Shown here: positions 47,664-59,233 of the stretch, in pieces
Layout: each line of letters begins with the position of its first letter
How positions within the stretch are numbered: position 1 is the first letter of the stretch
From: Alphaproteobacteria bacterium
GTDB lineage: Bacteria > Pseudomonadota > Alphaproteobacteria > MPNO01 > UBA830
Assembly (NCBI GenBank): GCA_965243135.1
Contig: OZ251539.1
Location: 576,001-640,000 of the forward strand
Direction: 5' to 3'
DNA length: 64,000 bases
The notes under the pieces: generated by a model
The model's database searches: none
What the model was told of the DNA's origin: nothing
Seen by the model: the letters and a program-made list of their open reading frames with translations, nothing else
Made by a program: the position numbers and the translations under genes

Positions 47664-48419
47664 CTACGACATTACCGTGCCGCCGTCGACGGCGATCGTC
47701 TGGCCGGTCACGAAGCCGCTGGCGTCGGAAGCTAGCCACATCACGGTGCCGACCATGTCCTCCGGGTGCGGATTGCGCTTGAGGCACTGGTCGTTCTTGA
47801 TGACTTCGAGCGCGGCGTCCATCTTTCCGCCGAAAAACTCCGCCGTTCCCTCGGTCACGACGGCGGTGGGGGCGATCGCGTTGACTCGAATTTCGTGGCG
47901 CCCGAGCTCGCGGGCCAGCGCTCGCGTCATGCCGATGACGGCCGCTTTCGAAGTCGTGTAGTGGAGGGCGTAGGGCAGGCCATAGGTCGCGGCAAGCGAG
48001 GCGACATTGATGATCGAGCCGCCGCCCGCCTGCCGGATGAGCGGAACGATCGCCTTGCAGCAGTTCCAGATGCCCTTGACGTTGACGTTCATGGTCCGAT
48101 CCCACTCGTCCTCGTCGAGCTGGTCGAACCTGCCGCCGGTAAGCGCGCCGTAGAGCGCTGCGTTGTTGATCAGCACGTTGGCTCCGCCGAAAGCCTCCGC
48201 GGCGCACCCGGCCATCTCTGTTACCGTATTCATGTCGGTGACGTCCAGCGAGACGCCGATCGCCGTTCCTCCGTCGGTTTCGATCCGACGAAGCGTATCG
48301 CCGCAGTCGATCACGTCGCCGGCAACGACCTTCGCGCCGAGTTTCGACGCCGCGACGGCATAAGTCTGGCCCAGGCCCCGTCCGGCGCCAGTTACGACTA
48401 CGACTTTTCCTTCAAGCAT
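47664..48419 (-). CDS. Short-chain dehydrogenase/reductase
   Basis: TGAGRGLG, NNA, YTTSK. Confidence 0.92.
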   Translation of the reverse strand: MLEGKVVVVTGAGRGLGQTYAVAASKLGAKVVAGDVIDCGDTLRRIETDGGTAIGVSLDVTDMNTVTEMAGCAAEAFGGANVLINNAALYGALTGGRFDQLDEDEWDRTMNVNVKGIWNCCKAIVPLIRQAGGGSIINVASLAATYGLPYALHYTTSKAAVIGMTRALARELGRHEIRVNAIAPTAVVTEGTAEFFGGKMDAALEVIKNDQCLKRNPHPEDMVGTVMWLASDASGFVTGQTIAVDGGTVMS

Positions 48420-48428
48420 TTCGTTTCC

Positions 48429-48893
48429 TTATGACGGCTTGACGCGCAGCTTGAGTTTTAGACCGGCGACCCGCCAGATATCCAGCCCCGAAATCGATGC
48501 CACCTCCGGAAGCGGCAAACGGGTTTCCGTGAGAAGGATTCGAGCGTGCGCCAGAGGGTTCCGCCGACGCGGGTTGAGATGCACATGCTGTATACCCCAA
48601 GTCTTTTTCCGACGTCTTTCGTTGCCGTCGAGGCCGCGGGCATAGGCGGCCTTGAGCGCTTCTTCGTACTGAGCCTTGTCGTTTCTGGAGCGAACTTCGC
48701 TGTCGCGCCGCGACAGCTCCTTCCGGGCTACCGCTTCGGGCGGCGTTCCGCGTGCGGCTTCCTCCAGAGTCAGGCCGCGGCGCCGGGCCATGCGCTCGGC
48801 TGCCTTCAGCGCGTTCTCGCGTTCGCCGGCGAACGGACTTTCCTTCGCCATCAGCAGCAAATTACGAAAACGTTCGCGCTCCGCGGGGGTCAT
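48429..48893 (-). CDS. Hypothetical protein (DUF2786-like N-terminus, C-terminal HTH)
   Basis: RFRNLLLMA.ESPFAGERENAL.AA. Confidence 0.6.
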   Translation of the reverse strand: MTPAERERFRNLLLMAKESPFAGERENALKAAERMARRRGLTLEEAARGTPPEAVARKELSRRDSEVRSRNDKAQYEEALKAAYARGLDGNERRRKKTWGIQHVHLNPRRRNPLAHARILLTETRLPLPEVASISGLDIWRVAGLKLKLRVKPS

Positions 48894-49031
48894 GGCGGTC
48901 GTGGTCCTCAGGCTCCGAGGGAGCGCATTATATCGCCAGCCCGCCGAAACGTCTGGAAGGAGGAATCATGGAGAGATCCTTCCGGGGAAACAGGCCGCTG
49001 GCGGCGCCGGATTCCGGGAGCATGGGATTGG

Positions 49032-50060
49032 TCAAAGTTCCGAGCGGACGATTGCAGCGCCGTCGCACATGGCCTTGAGCTTGCCGAAGGCGACTTTCCG
49101 CGACATGTATTTCATGCCGCAATCGGGGGCTACGACGATCCTTTCCGGCGCGACATGATCGAAGGCCCGACGGATGCGCTCCGCAACGGTCTCGGGGGAC
49201 TCGATTTCGTCCGTTCCGAGGTTCAGCACCCCGAGCATGATCTTCTTGCCGGGCAGCGAATCCAGCACCGCGAGGTCGAGGCCGGACTGCGCCGTTTCGA
49301 TCGAAATCTGGTCGGCCGCGCAGGCGTTCAACTCCGGCAGGAACGAATAGCCCTCCGGCCGGTCATGCACGATGTGGGCGTAACCGAAACACAGATGGAC
49401 CGCGGTTTCTCCCGTCGCGCCCTCGAGGGCGCGGTTGATGGCCTTGACTGCGTATTTCCGGGCGATCTCCGGCCGCGCCTGCATATAGGGCTCGTCGAGC
49501 TGCACGACATCGGCACCGGCGGCGAACAGGTCGCGAATTTCTTCGGCGACCGCCGCTGCGTAATCCATCGCGGCGGCCTCGTCGTCGGGATAGTGGTCGT
49601 TCTGCGCCTGCTGAGTCATGGTGAACGGGCCGGGCAGGGTGATCTTGATCCGCCGGTCGGTGTTGGCGCGAAGAAACTTCACGTCGTCGACCTCGATCGG
49701 TCGTTCGCGCCGGATCGGTCCGGCGATGCGCGGGACCGGATTGGGATGGCCGGTGCGGTCGACCGCGGTGCCGGGGTTGTCGATGTCGATGCCGCCGAGA
49801 GCCGTGGCGACGCGGTTGGAGTAGCTCTCGCGGCGGACCTCGCCGTCGGAGACGATGTCGACGCCAGCGCGTTCCTGATCCCGAATGGCGAGCAGCGTGG
49901 CGTCGTTTCGTGCCTCTTCGAGGAATTCGGGCGCGACCCGCCAGATTTCCCGAGCCCGCACGCGGGGCGGCAGACGGCCCCTGAGATTGTCGCGGTCCAC
50001 AAGCCAGTCGGGCTGCACGTAGCTGCCGACGACCGTGGTGGGCAAAATCTTTTCCGTCAT
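49032..50060 (-). CDS. Cobalamin-independent methionine synthase, core (MetE C-terminal) type
   Basis: TTVVGSY, SDGEVRR, QLDEP, VHLCFG, PDCG. Confidence 0.9.
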   Translation of the reverse strand: MTEKILPTTVVGSYVQPDWLVDRDNLRGRLPPRVRAREIWRVAPEFLEEARNDATLLAIRDQERAGVDIVSDGEVRRESYSNRVATALGGIDIDNPGTAVDRTGHPNPVPRIAGPIRRERPIEVDDVKFLRANTDRRIKITLPGPFTMTQQAQNDHYPDDEAAAMDYAAAVAEEIRDLFAAGADVVQLDEPYMQARPEIARKYAVKAINRALEGATGETAVHLCFGYAHIVHDRPEGYSFLPELNACAADQISIETAQSGLDLAVLDSLPGKKIMLGVLNLGTDEIESPETVAERIRRAFDHVAPERIVVAPDCGMKYMSRKVAFGKLKAMCDGAAIVRSEL

Positions 50061-50485
50061 TCGTTCACCTTTCGCGTTTCTTCGAGGCGGAGCCGGATTC
50101 CGCCGTCTTCCGTTGTTTGCAGCGAGCGGAAGAAGCACGATCTGTATCCGACGTGGCAGGCGCCTTCGCGTTGCGGCCGGACGCGCAGGAGAATCGCATC
50201 CTGATCGCAATCGACGCGGATTTCGCTTACCTTCTGAATTTGGCCGCTCGTCGCGCCCTTGTGCCACAACTCGCCGCGGCTTCGGCTCCAGTACCACGCC
50301 TCGCCGCTGTCGATCGTGCGCGAGACCGCCTCCTCGTTCATCCAGGCCATCATCAGCACCTCGCCGGAATCGGCGTCGATAGCGATCGCGGCCACAAGGC
50401 CGTCGGCGTTGAAGCGCGGCGCAAAGCGGTCACCTTCCTGGAGTTCGGCGCTTCCGAGGGAGTCGGCTGTCGGAAAGCGGCTCAC
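50057..50485 (-). CDS. hisI: Phosphoribosyl-AMP cyclohydrolase
   Basis: [31 protein letters not shown]. Confidence 0.95.
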   Translation of the reverse strand: MSRFPTADSLGSAELQEGDRFAPRFNADGLVAAIAIDADSGEVLMMAWMNEEAVSRTIDSGEAWYWSRSRGELWHKGATSGQIQKVSEIRVDCDQDAILLRVRPQREGACHVGYRSCFFRSLQTTEDGGIRLRLEETRKVNE

Positions 50486-50487
50486 GT

Positions 50488-51078
50488 TCAGCCGTTCCGG
50501 ATCATGGCGAGAAATTCCCGGCGCGTGGACGGATCGTCGCGGAAGGCGCCGAGCATGTGACTGGTTATCGTGCCTGCGCCCGGCTTGTGAACTCCGCGCG
50601 TGGTCATGCACTGGTGACGCGCTTCGATCACGACTGCGACTCCCTGCGGCTGCAAGACGCGGTCGATCGTAGAGGCGATGTCGACAGTCATCTTTTCCTG
50701 GATCTGCAGCCGCCTCGCGAAAATGTCGACGACCCGTGCGAGCTTGCTGATGCCGACCACTCGTCTGGCCGGAATGTAGGCGACATGCGCCTTGCCGATG
50801 ATCGGCACCATGTGATGCTCGCAATGGGATTCCACCTCGATGTCGCGGATCAACACCATTTCGTCGTACCCGCCCGTTTCCTCGAAGGTTCGTCTGAGGA
50901 CCTCTTCGGGGTCGAGAGAATATCCCCGGAAGAATTCGTCGTAGGCGCGTGCGACGCGCCCCGGGGTGTCCCGCAGCCCCTCCCGCGAGGGGTCGTCGCC
51001 AGCCCAACGAATGAGGGTGCGGACCGCTTCTTCCGCATCTTCCCGCGTCGGGTGTTTGGTTTCGACGACTGCGTCCAT
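50488..51078 (-). CDS. folE: GTP cyclohydrolase I
   Basis: [38 protein letters not shown]. Confidence 0.96.
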   Translation of the reverse strand: MDAVVETKHPTREDAEEAVRTLIRWAGDDPSREGLRDTPGRVARAYDEFFRGYSLDPEEVLRRTFEETGGYDEMVLIRDIEVESHCEHHMVPIIGKAHVAYIPARRVVGISKLARVVDIFARRLQIQEKMTVDIASTIDRVLQPQGVAVVIEARHQCMTTRGVHKPGAGTITSHMLGAFRDDPSTRREFLAMIRNG

Positions 51079-51322
51079 GACGATGACTCCGTTGTGCCGA
51101 CCCGGCGAATATAGTGCGAACCAGTTCGCGGGGCGAACCAGACAATTTGCGAACCCGGCGTTCGGACAGAAATCGTTTTAAGGTCGACGGCACCTGCGGA
51201 AGTCAAGTCGAGACGGCAGGATAGATGGGTCATTGTACCGAAACGCCGGAGTTCCCGATCCGCAAGGCGCATCGATCGGAAGGGGTCGGCAGCGCGTTCG
51301 GTCGGGCTACGTTTTGCGTATC

Positions 51323-52191
51323 GTAAACGCCCGGCCTTGCGTGTGTCCCTTCAGCTGGTGCCCCTAGCCTCTTTTCGCAGGCGAACGCGCCTCCACGGAA
51401 AACCGAACCGCAGCCATACGGACGGACGTGCATGGCCCGCCGCCTGCCCAATGTGCCGAAGCCGACCGCAAGCGTAAAAAATATTTGCTTGGTCTGCTCG
51501 CGATGCGGAATTCCGGGTAAGCGACATGAACCTTGCGTTGTTGACAACGAAAAGTCCGCTGGCGGTGCTCCCAACCGATGAACTTGTCCCGCGGCGCGAT
51601 CTTCCAGGCTGCGGCGCCGAGCACGTCCAGCGGTTCGCCCTCTGCGGAGTGGACGAAGTGCTGCGCACCATGCATGCGCGTAAAGCCGAGGTAGCGGGAA
51701 GGCCGCCTCTGGAACGAGTTCGTCGCTCGCTACCTCGGCCACTCGACGCTGCCCGCGGGCGCTACTTCGTCCGGGCCGCCGACGGCGAAGCCCTCGCTGC
51801 CCTCGGCGCCGCAGCCTGGAAGATCGCGCCGCAGGACAAGTGCCTGGGATCCGAAACCCGCCGCCGCAACCTGCCGCTGGTGGTCAGCAACGCCAGAGCC
51901 CTGCCCTGGCCAGGAACCTCGCGTCCCATGTCCTCACCCTGGACGAACGGCGGCTGCCCGACGACTGGGAGTCCCGCTACGCTCCGGTCCTGCTCAAGAC
52001 CTTCTGCGAAACGCCGCGCTTCGCAGGAACCTGCTACCGGACAGCCAGCAAGGTCGGCGCGACCCAAGGCCGCGACAAGCTCGATATCCGGCGTGAACGT
52101 GTTCTCCCGGTCAAGGATGCTGAAACCCCTGCGGCAGGACTGGAAGCGGATCCTCAAAAAATAGATCGTTACTTGACGAGCGAACGCTTAC
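51323..52191. pseudogene. Two degraded DUF4338 3' fragments in opposite orientation, each leading to an IS66-type end
   Basis: AAAWKIAP and VVN/SNAR motifs on both strands. GTAAACG at 51323. AGCGAACGCTTAC at 52179-52191 is the reverse complement of the 61557 end. Confidence 0.75.
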
Positions 52192-52687
52192 AAATATCCT
52201 CACTTTCAGAGCATTGATTTGATCCGGCCGTTTCGATTTAGCATGGCAATCTATGGTCGGAGTATCTGCTGGAAATAACAATCATGAAATAACAGTCCTT
52301 GCAGCTTGATAACGCAACACTCTATGCAATTTTAGCCATATGAGATCCACACCGACCGCGGACTGCGGATAGGTCATGGACAGCGGCATCCATGTCTACC
52401 CGTGCCATGCGGACAAAATCGCGCCTAACCCGACCGTTTCGCGTCTCGGGGTCGTACTTCACGAAATGTCAGTCGAGCCATTCCTGCTGCGCGGTTTTTC
52501 GGCAGATACGCCAACACATCCCGTCAGAACGAGAGCGGTCAAGAGAGCTGTGAAGATGTGCTTCCTAAGAATTCTCTTCTCTGTTGCGCTGATTCCCCGC
52601 AAGACGCAAGACTATCCTGCGGGAAGCTCCAAGCTCCGCGACCTTCCTTGGTGGCGGGACGGGCTGATTGTTGATCCTTTAGTTACA

Positions 52688-53074
52688 TCAACGACATTCT
52701 CTCATACGATGGTCATACTCGTTCTCGTCACATATTTCTCCACTGTAACCGTTCCAGACGAGGATTTGTCTCCCATACAGGCTATAGCAACCATACCCTT
52801 TCGTGATCCAGATCCCATCCCCAATCTCGATGAGGCCATCATCCTCGTTCGGATTATACACTTCATACACCCCCCGTTTGAGATCAGTCTCTCGGTAGAA
52901 TGTTGCGAACATGGTATTTTCCATACCATACATCCCCTTCATGTGAGTTACGCCCGAGAGAGAGACTTCTTGGAGGATTGGTGTATCGACACTACAGGCG
53001 TGTGATTGTCCTACTGCTACAGACAACAGCGTGAATACGGATCCGATAAAATGAGAAAAGTTGGTGCGCTTCAT
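52688..53074 (-). CDS. Small secreted Cys-containing hypothetical protein
   Basis: Signal peptide MKRTNFSHFIGSVFTLLSVAVGQSHA. Lower GC. Confidence 0.6.
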   Translation of the reverse strand: MKRTNFSHFIGSVFTLLSVAVGQSHACSVDTPILQEVSLSGVTHMKGMYGMENTMFATFYRETDLKRGVYEVYNPNEDDGLIEIGDGIWITKGYGCYSLYGRQILVWNGYSGEICDENEYDHRMRECR

Positions 53075-53269
53075 GTTGGCGTTTCCTGTATTGTGCCTCG
53101 GTTGTATCCAAGGCTTCGTGCAACATCTGCACGACTCATGGTATACGGCATCTTGGGGACGTGTCAAGTTCGAGTCCGTGTATGGGTGTACGTCAATTTC
53201 TTGAGATTTGCATTGACGCCAAGGAGAGCCTACATTTTCTGTATGTGCTAATAACATACAGGATGCGCC

Positions 53270-53590
53270 ATGTCCACATCCCAAGACTTGGAAACCCTTC
53301 TGCAACATCGCGCCGACGTTCTCCGTCAGTTGTCCGAAATCGGAGATCTTCGCCAAGGATCCCTCACCACCCAATACCGCAAGCAAACCCGGTTGCCATT
53401 GCGCAAAGGGACCGGGGCATGGGCCGTACCTTCAACTGACTCGAAAGGTGAATGGCAAGACGCGATGCAGGTCCATTCCGGCCGCTGGGGAAGTCGCGTG
53501 CAGGAGTACAAGCGGCTCCGTAAACTGGTCCAGCAATTGGTAAGCGACCAGATATGTGACGCGCGATTGGACCGTTCTCGCGGGGTGTGA
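53270..53590 (+). pseudogene. DUF6788-like accessory ORF of ISKra4-A, interrupted
   Basis: LSEIGDLRQGSL...YRK. Continues after 56833 (GDEVKKS). Confidence 0.6.
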
Positions 53591-55171
53591 ATCTCGTATG
53601 GAAAAAATATCCTTCAGTGCCTAAGCTGCGATGACGCTTCTCCCCTGGTTGTCGTTCGCGGCCCAGGCCCCGACCATCGCTTCCCATGCTTGTTCGAAAC
53701 GGCCGGGCAGCGCTCTGAAGGTAAGGATGTTTTGACCGCCTTCAACGCTCCAACGCATGCCGGCCCGCTTCATGCGTTGGAGCGACCAGCACTTTGTTGG
53801 CTGCCTCAACCACGCCTGACCCAATAGCGTAGCCTCCGGCCTTCAGGACCGCATAGCGCATGCGACGCCGGTGCTTCTGGAAAAACCTCAGTTCGCGTTC
53901 AAGATCCTTGAGCGCCGTCGCTGTCGTCGCTCTGTCTCGAAGATGGCGGATCGCCGACCTTGTCCACGCCTTTGGCGTCGTCAAGCAGGACCTTGCGGTA
54001 TTTTTCGTACCAGCCGGCCGCGACCGCATGGTCGGCAACAACACCGAGATGCTCGCATGCATGAAAAAAATCGACGGCCTGCTCGTCACGCGCCTTCGAG
54101 AAATGTCCAATTGTCGACGGCAGCATCGGCAACGGCAACGAGTCGGAGGTCGGGCCGCGTTTCCCGTAGCGACTTCTGAGCTGCGACTTCAGTGTGACCT
54201 TGCCAGCCTCCGGCATCTGTGCAAAATACAACGTATTCAGACGGTTACCATCATGGAAACTGATCGTGCGACGCCTCGCGCCAGCACGCTTCCTTGCGCT
54301 CTTCGTCTGGCTGCATCGCAACCATGACGCCATCGAGTGAGACAGCGAACGAAACCGCTTCCGCCTGCGTTGCCTTGCGAATCTCGTCCAAAGCCGCCTC
54401 ACCCTTTTCTTTCCAGAGTTTGCCCGCCGTCGCGGAGAGACGCTGGAGGTGGCTCGCCGACGGATTCATGCCGCCCAGCTTTCGAAAGAGTTCCGCCGCG
54501 TCCCTCGGCGTGCAGTGGTCGACAACCAGGAGAGCACGGTAAGCCGCTGGAATCGTTAAATAACCGTCGATCAACCCCAGGCTGTCATCGACGGGCACAA
54601 CGGTTCCCGGGAACATGCGGTAGCGCGAGCGGGAGAACGTTACCTGACCAAACAATGTATTGATGGTTTTCCGCGTCGGCGGCATCCTGTAACAGACTTG
54701 ACCGTCCCTCCGCGACGGGCCGTCCCTCTCGTCCCTTGCCTCAATGTAATCGCACAGCGCAGTGCGGCAGACCGCAAAGGCCTTCTCCATCAACTCGGCC
54801 TCGAAGCCGGCGAACGCCTCGGAACCTTGGTCCTGCTGACTGATCCGCTCGCGAATGAACGCTGCGGCTGACCGGAACGCCTCGACGGTCGCGGCAGGCA
54901 GACCGGAAAAATCAATGGACAAATCAGTGGAAGACTGCGAGACTGACATGGGAATGCTCCTGATGTTGGGGTTTCAATGACAACATTCTACCGCATTTTG
55001 CGGTCTGGAGCATTCCCTTTTTTGCCCCCCCCCGACCCGCTGCCCGTGACAAAATTCCCGCCTGGGTCGGCTCATTGTCACGAAAATGATGATTCCGACG
55101 ATAAGGCCCTTGGCCCTGGTCATATAAATCTTTCAGAATCAACGCATTACGGGCTTTAGGTTTTACCATGC

Positions 55172-56803
55172 CAGAAATTCCCGCTAACTCGTAGTGGTCC
55201 TGCTAAATGCAAAGGACTCTCTCGACAGGAGGCACGACCGTCAGGACAGACGTCTAACGTTCGGCTTTATGGCCGAGCTTTCGTTGGTTATGTTTCCCCC
55301 TGAAGAACCTGCTACACACTTCGAAAATTTATTATGTCAGGAAGTATCGTAAGGTTCCAAAATCGGTTTCTTATATCCGAACGCTATCGCACGATAAAGC
55401 GTTTCCCAGCTTGGTAGTGAAAAGTTGAAGAACATAGCCCTCAACTTCTCCCACAAGTAGATGGAACGCTCGGCTTTCTTCCGTGCTCTTTGAAACAGAT
55501 TGCAACATCTCTGCTGAATCTGATCGATCAGGAAAGCCAGCATCATCAAGTTAGCAAAGACATTCGACAGATGCTTGTAACCATGACCGAAGTTGTGTTC
55601 GAAGTTGTAACCTTGGTTCTTCAGGGTGTTGAAGGTCTCGTTTTCGATACGCCAACGCGCACGTCCGGCGCGCATTATCTCCATCAGGTTGTGATCTCCT
55701 ACTGGCAGATCCGTAACCCAAGAGAAGCGTTGCTTTCTGCCGTCGGGATGCTTTTCCCAGTATTCAACAAAGTTGACTTCAAGGTCGAAATTCGCATCGT
55801 TGAGTGGTGCCTTGTTAAGATATCTGAATTCGTGCATTATACCTTCTTTATCGGAGAATTCAGCACGTTTCACAGATCGTGACCTGTCCACTAAATCAAA
55901 CAAAAATTTATGATCTCCCGGCTTCGCGCCCAGTATGAAGCGAAGGTTCAACTCCTTGAGATGCTTGACATGCGGGCCGTTCGAGGCAAGTCCGTCTTCT
56001 ACCACTATCAATTTCAAAAACGGATGCTCCCGCCGCACATCGCGCAACAGTCGTGTCGCTGCGTTGCGTTCGCAATCGTTTTTCTTCTTTCCATCTTTCT
56101 TGGTAATCGGCTCCGGTGCAAGAGGGAAAACTTCCTTTTGGCGCACGAGAACTGCCCCCAGCATCTGGTGGTAGTACGTGATTGTTCCGTTCCTGTGATG
56201 CTTTTCACAGCAGCTTTTACAGTGCACCTTGTGAGATGAAAAATATCCCGTTCCGTCAACGGATAAAAGATAATGCCCGCCTAGACAGGTGTAACCTTCC
56301 AGACCCTTTCCACGCTGAAGCAACTGGAACATCTTCGTGAAAGCGGGACGTAAACTACGGGGGTCCACGTCGTCCAGACGCTCGCGCAACCTGCTGTCGG
56401 AAGGCGCTCTCTCTATCCCGTACAACGTCGCAAGATTATTGCGAACCGTTTCATCAAAACGTGCGTCGCGATCAAACTTTAAAAGAGATTTGTACTTCAA
56501 ACCAAATACCGCAATCCCCGACATCAGGCAGTCCGAAAGAGCGACGCCTCGACTCGCCGTCAGATCCTCAATGCCGTCAAAAACCTCCCGGAGCGCCTTC
56601 AGCAATCCCGGAGCGCTGAGCGTCTTGCGCATGCCTGGCATTCTGGCCATTTTGGTACAATCCCGCCTCGCCTTCGGACCACTTTCCAGAGAAAGATGCT
56701 CCGCTCGAAGGCAAATAGCCCCGAATCACCTCGAAAAGTCTACGAAAAATTTTTTTCGGACTCCATATTTTCCACGGGTTTCGAGCCTTAGCGGGAATTG
56801 CTG
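55172..56803 (-). mobile_element. ISNCY (ISMae2-like) IS, copy 1
   Basis: Ends CAGAAATTCCCGCTAA / TTAGCGGGAATTGCTG. 9-bp TSD TTACCATGC. Confidence 0.88.
55337..56650 (-). CDS. DDE transposase, copy 1 (2 aa shorter than copy 2)
   Basis: SVDGTG, VEDGL, RWRIENETFNTLK. Confidence 0.9.
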   Translation of the reverse strand: MARMPGMRKTLSAPGLLKALREVFDGIEDLTASRGVALSDCLMSGIAVFGLKYKSLLKFDRDARFDETVRNNLATLYGIERAPSDSRLRERLDDVDPRSLRPAFTKMFQLLQRGKGLEGYTCLGGHYLLSVDGTGYFSSHKVHCKSCCEKHHRNGTITYYHQMLGAVLVRQKEVFPLAPEPITKKDGKKKNDCERNAATRLLRDVRREHPFLKLIVVEDGLASNGPHVKHLKELNLRFILGAKPGDHKFLFDLVDRSRSVKRAEFSDKEGIMHEFRYLNKAPLNDANFDLEVNFVEYWEKHPDGRKQRFSWVTDLPVGDHNLMEIMRAGRARWRIENETFNTLKNQGYNFEHNFGHGYKHLSNVFANLMMLAFLIDQIQQRCCNLFQRARKKAERSIYLWEKLRAMFFNFSLPSWETLYRAIAFGYKKPILEPYDTS

Positions 56804-56899
56804 TTACCATGCCAGATTTACACCCTTCTCGCGGCGACGAAGTAAAAAAAAGCCTTCGAGGCTGTCGTCGCGGCGGAAGCATCGTCCGAGATAAACTGC

Positions 56900-58054
56900 C
56901 TGGTCGGGGACGGTGTGACGGACGACATGGAGGCTGTCGAAACCGCGGCGAAGCAGGCGGAGATCGGCGCCCGTGCCGTTGCCAAGCGGTTCAACCGTTC
57001 CGACCACGTTGGACCTTCAATCGCATGCGCGTCGTGTGGAGGAGAGGCCCACGGGCCGGCGACCGAAAACCTTCACAACGGCGTTGGGCGAAGTTCGACC
57101 GGGCTTACTACCGCTGCAACGCTTGCAACACCGGGATCTGCCCACGAGACCGGGCGATGAACAAAACCTCGCTTTCCCCGCTGCCACGCGCATGGTCGGG
57201 TTCGCGGCCTCGCAGCTTCACAATGGCCAGTGGCATAATGAAGGAGTTGGCAGGGCTGAAGATCGACCCCAAGATGGTCGAACGTGCCGCCGAGGCTCTC
57301 GGCACCGAGATTGCAGAGGATGAACGCCAGAGGGTCGAGGTCGAACCACCGTCCGGACCGACCATGTATGTCGGCATGGACGGTACCGGGGTGCCGGCTC
57401 GCCCGCGAGAAGGCCGTCCAGGCAAGCAACCGGACGGTTCTTCCAAGACCCGCGAGGCCAAACTCGTCACCGTGTGGACGGCCGAAAAACAAAGCGAAGG
57501 GACGCCCGCGCAGGGTTCGGCTCCGTCGGCATCGAAAGCGCCGCGACCACCGACAAGGAACTGTCGCCTTTCGCTCAACGGGTCGAGCGCGAAGCACGCC
57601 GTCGCGGCTTCTACGACGCCGAGCGACGCGTGGTCCTGGGAGATGGAGCGCTCTGGGAACATCGCCGACGAACTGTTCCCCGACGCCACCCCCTGTTCCA
57701 TGCGAAACAACACCTGTGGAGCAGGGCGAAGGAAATCTACGGTGACGGAGATCTTGCGAAGGCATGGGCGAAAAAGCAGTGCGACGCCCTTGAAGACGGT
57801 CAGGTCGACAAGGTCATCGCGGCTCTCCGCAAGCACGGCGCTGCAGGCTACCTGGAACGGAACCGCACGCGCATGCAGTATGCAAAGTTCCGTGCGCAGG
57901 GTTTGCCTCCGGCGTCGTCGAGGCCGGTTGCAAAAGAACGGTCGGCAACCGTCTGAAACGGGGGCGGTGGATCGTTCGGGGCGCGGACGCCGCACTCCGG
58001 TGCTGCATGCTCAGCGGGCGCTTCGAGGATTTCTGGGAACGGCGGGCGGCATAA
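56900..58054 (+). pseudogene. ISKra4-A transposase, multiply frameshifted
   Basis: RAYYRCNAC..G.CPRD, MYVGMDGTGVP, TREAKL, VVLGDGA, RMQYAKFR fragments. Confidence 0.8.
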
Positions 58055-58196
58055 CAAATTTGACGTACACCCTCCGTGTATTAAGCCATTAATCAGTTTG
58101 ACCCATTCTCTCCATTGACTCCTTGATTTGTGTTTGTCACAACGCACTAGCGTCTTGAAGGATGTGGCAGAAATCAGAAAAAATTCACAATTCCGC

Positions 58197-58983
58197 CAGA
58201 AATTCCCGCTAAGGTGGCCGCCCTTTGCGAAAGGCGCGTCGAGATAGCGTCGTTATCGAGGAACCGAGGAACCAGCTGTCGCGACACACCTTTCCCGCTT
58301 CGGCTCGGCACCGACATAGCTTTGACTACCCTGCTTCCCCTGAAGAACCTGCTTTGGCATACTCGGTCACGGTGCTAGTCAGGAGGTTGGAATTCCCACT
58401 GCTGTCCGGTGTCCAAACGCGATCATAGAGCGTCTCCCAGTCCTTCAGGAGGTAGTTGAGGAACAATCCCCACACCGTTTCCCAGAAGTAACTGGGCCGC
58501 TTGGACTTCGTTTGTGCCTGTTGGAACAGCTTGCAACATCGCTGTTAAATCTGGCAGGGACGCCAGCATCAACGCAAAGACAGTCGACAAATTCTTGTTA
58601 CCGTGACCGAAGTTGTGCTCAAAGTAGTAGCCTTGGTTTTTCAGAGTGTCGAAAGTTTCAGTCCTTCCAGTGCCCTCGCCCGGTGCGCAACTCCATTCTC
58701 TTCGTTGATGGGCAGAACCTAGGAGAACATTGTTTCTTATCGTTTGGACGCTTCTTGCTTTAGCGTGGAAAGGGCCTGGAAGGTTATACATGCGGGCATT
58801 ATCTTTTATCTGTTGACGAAACAGGATATTTTTCATCTCACGAGGTACACTGTAAAATCTGTTGTGAAAAGCATCACAGGGACGGAACAATCATGTACTA
58901 TCATCAGATGTTGGGGCAGTTCTCGTACATCCGGAACACAAGAAGGATTTTCCTCTTGCACCGGAACCGGAACCGATCACTAA
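58197..58983. pseudogene. Degenerate, internally rearranged ISMae2-like relic
   Basis: End CAGAAATTCCCGCTAA at 58197. ETFDTLKNQGY..EHNFGHG on the minus strand, GKGLEGYT..YYHQML on the plus strand. Confidence 0.7.
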
Positions 58984-59233
58984 GAGCCTGATTGAAAACT
59001 ATCGGGTGGCCTTGTGGTATCCACAAGGTACCGTAACCCTATATGTGGAGACCGCCATGCCTTGGGACAAGGCCACCCGAAAGAAGTATACCCGAAAGAC
59101 GGGGCGAGCGACCTTACGAATGCGGAATGGGAGGCTGTCGCGCCTCTTCTCCCGGCTCCTGCCGCTACGGGCCGTCCTCTCGAAAGCGACCAGAGAGAGA
59201 TCCTGAACGCGATCCAGTATGGCGACGGGCTGT

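Larger units (their letters stand above)
53583..56825 (-). mobile_element. ISKra4-family element B with frameshifted transposase (about 53621-54949)
   Basis: IRs GGGTGTGAATCT / AGATTTACACCC. 8-bp TSD TTCTCGCG at 53575-53582 and 56826-56833. Motifs SLDGVMV, DFFHACEHL, IGSGVVEAANK. Confidence 0.85.
53184..58072 (+). mobile_element. ISKra4-family element A (DUF6788-like ORF + degraded transposase) hosting nested ISs
   Basis: IRs GGGTGTACGTCAA / TTGACGTACACCC. 9-bp TSD TCCGTGTAT at 53175-53183 and 58073-58081. Confidence 0.85.

Noticed and set aside
49032-51078. folE as part of a 7-deazaguanine DNA-modification cluster
   Set aside because: Host-like GC, in an operon with hisI and a metE-like gene. 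No queC/D/E or dpdA nearby.
51080-52690. tRNA or structured ncRNA at the border of the IS region
   Set aside because: No cloverleaf, T-loop or recognisable RNA motif seen by eye. A covariance-model scan would be needed.
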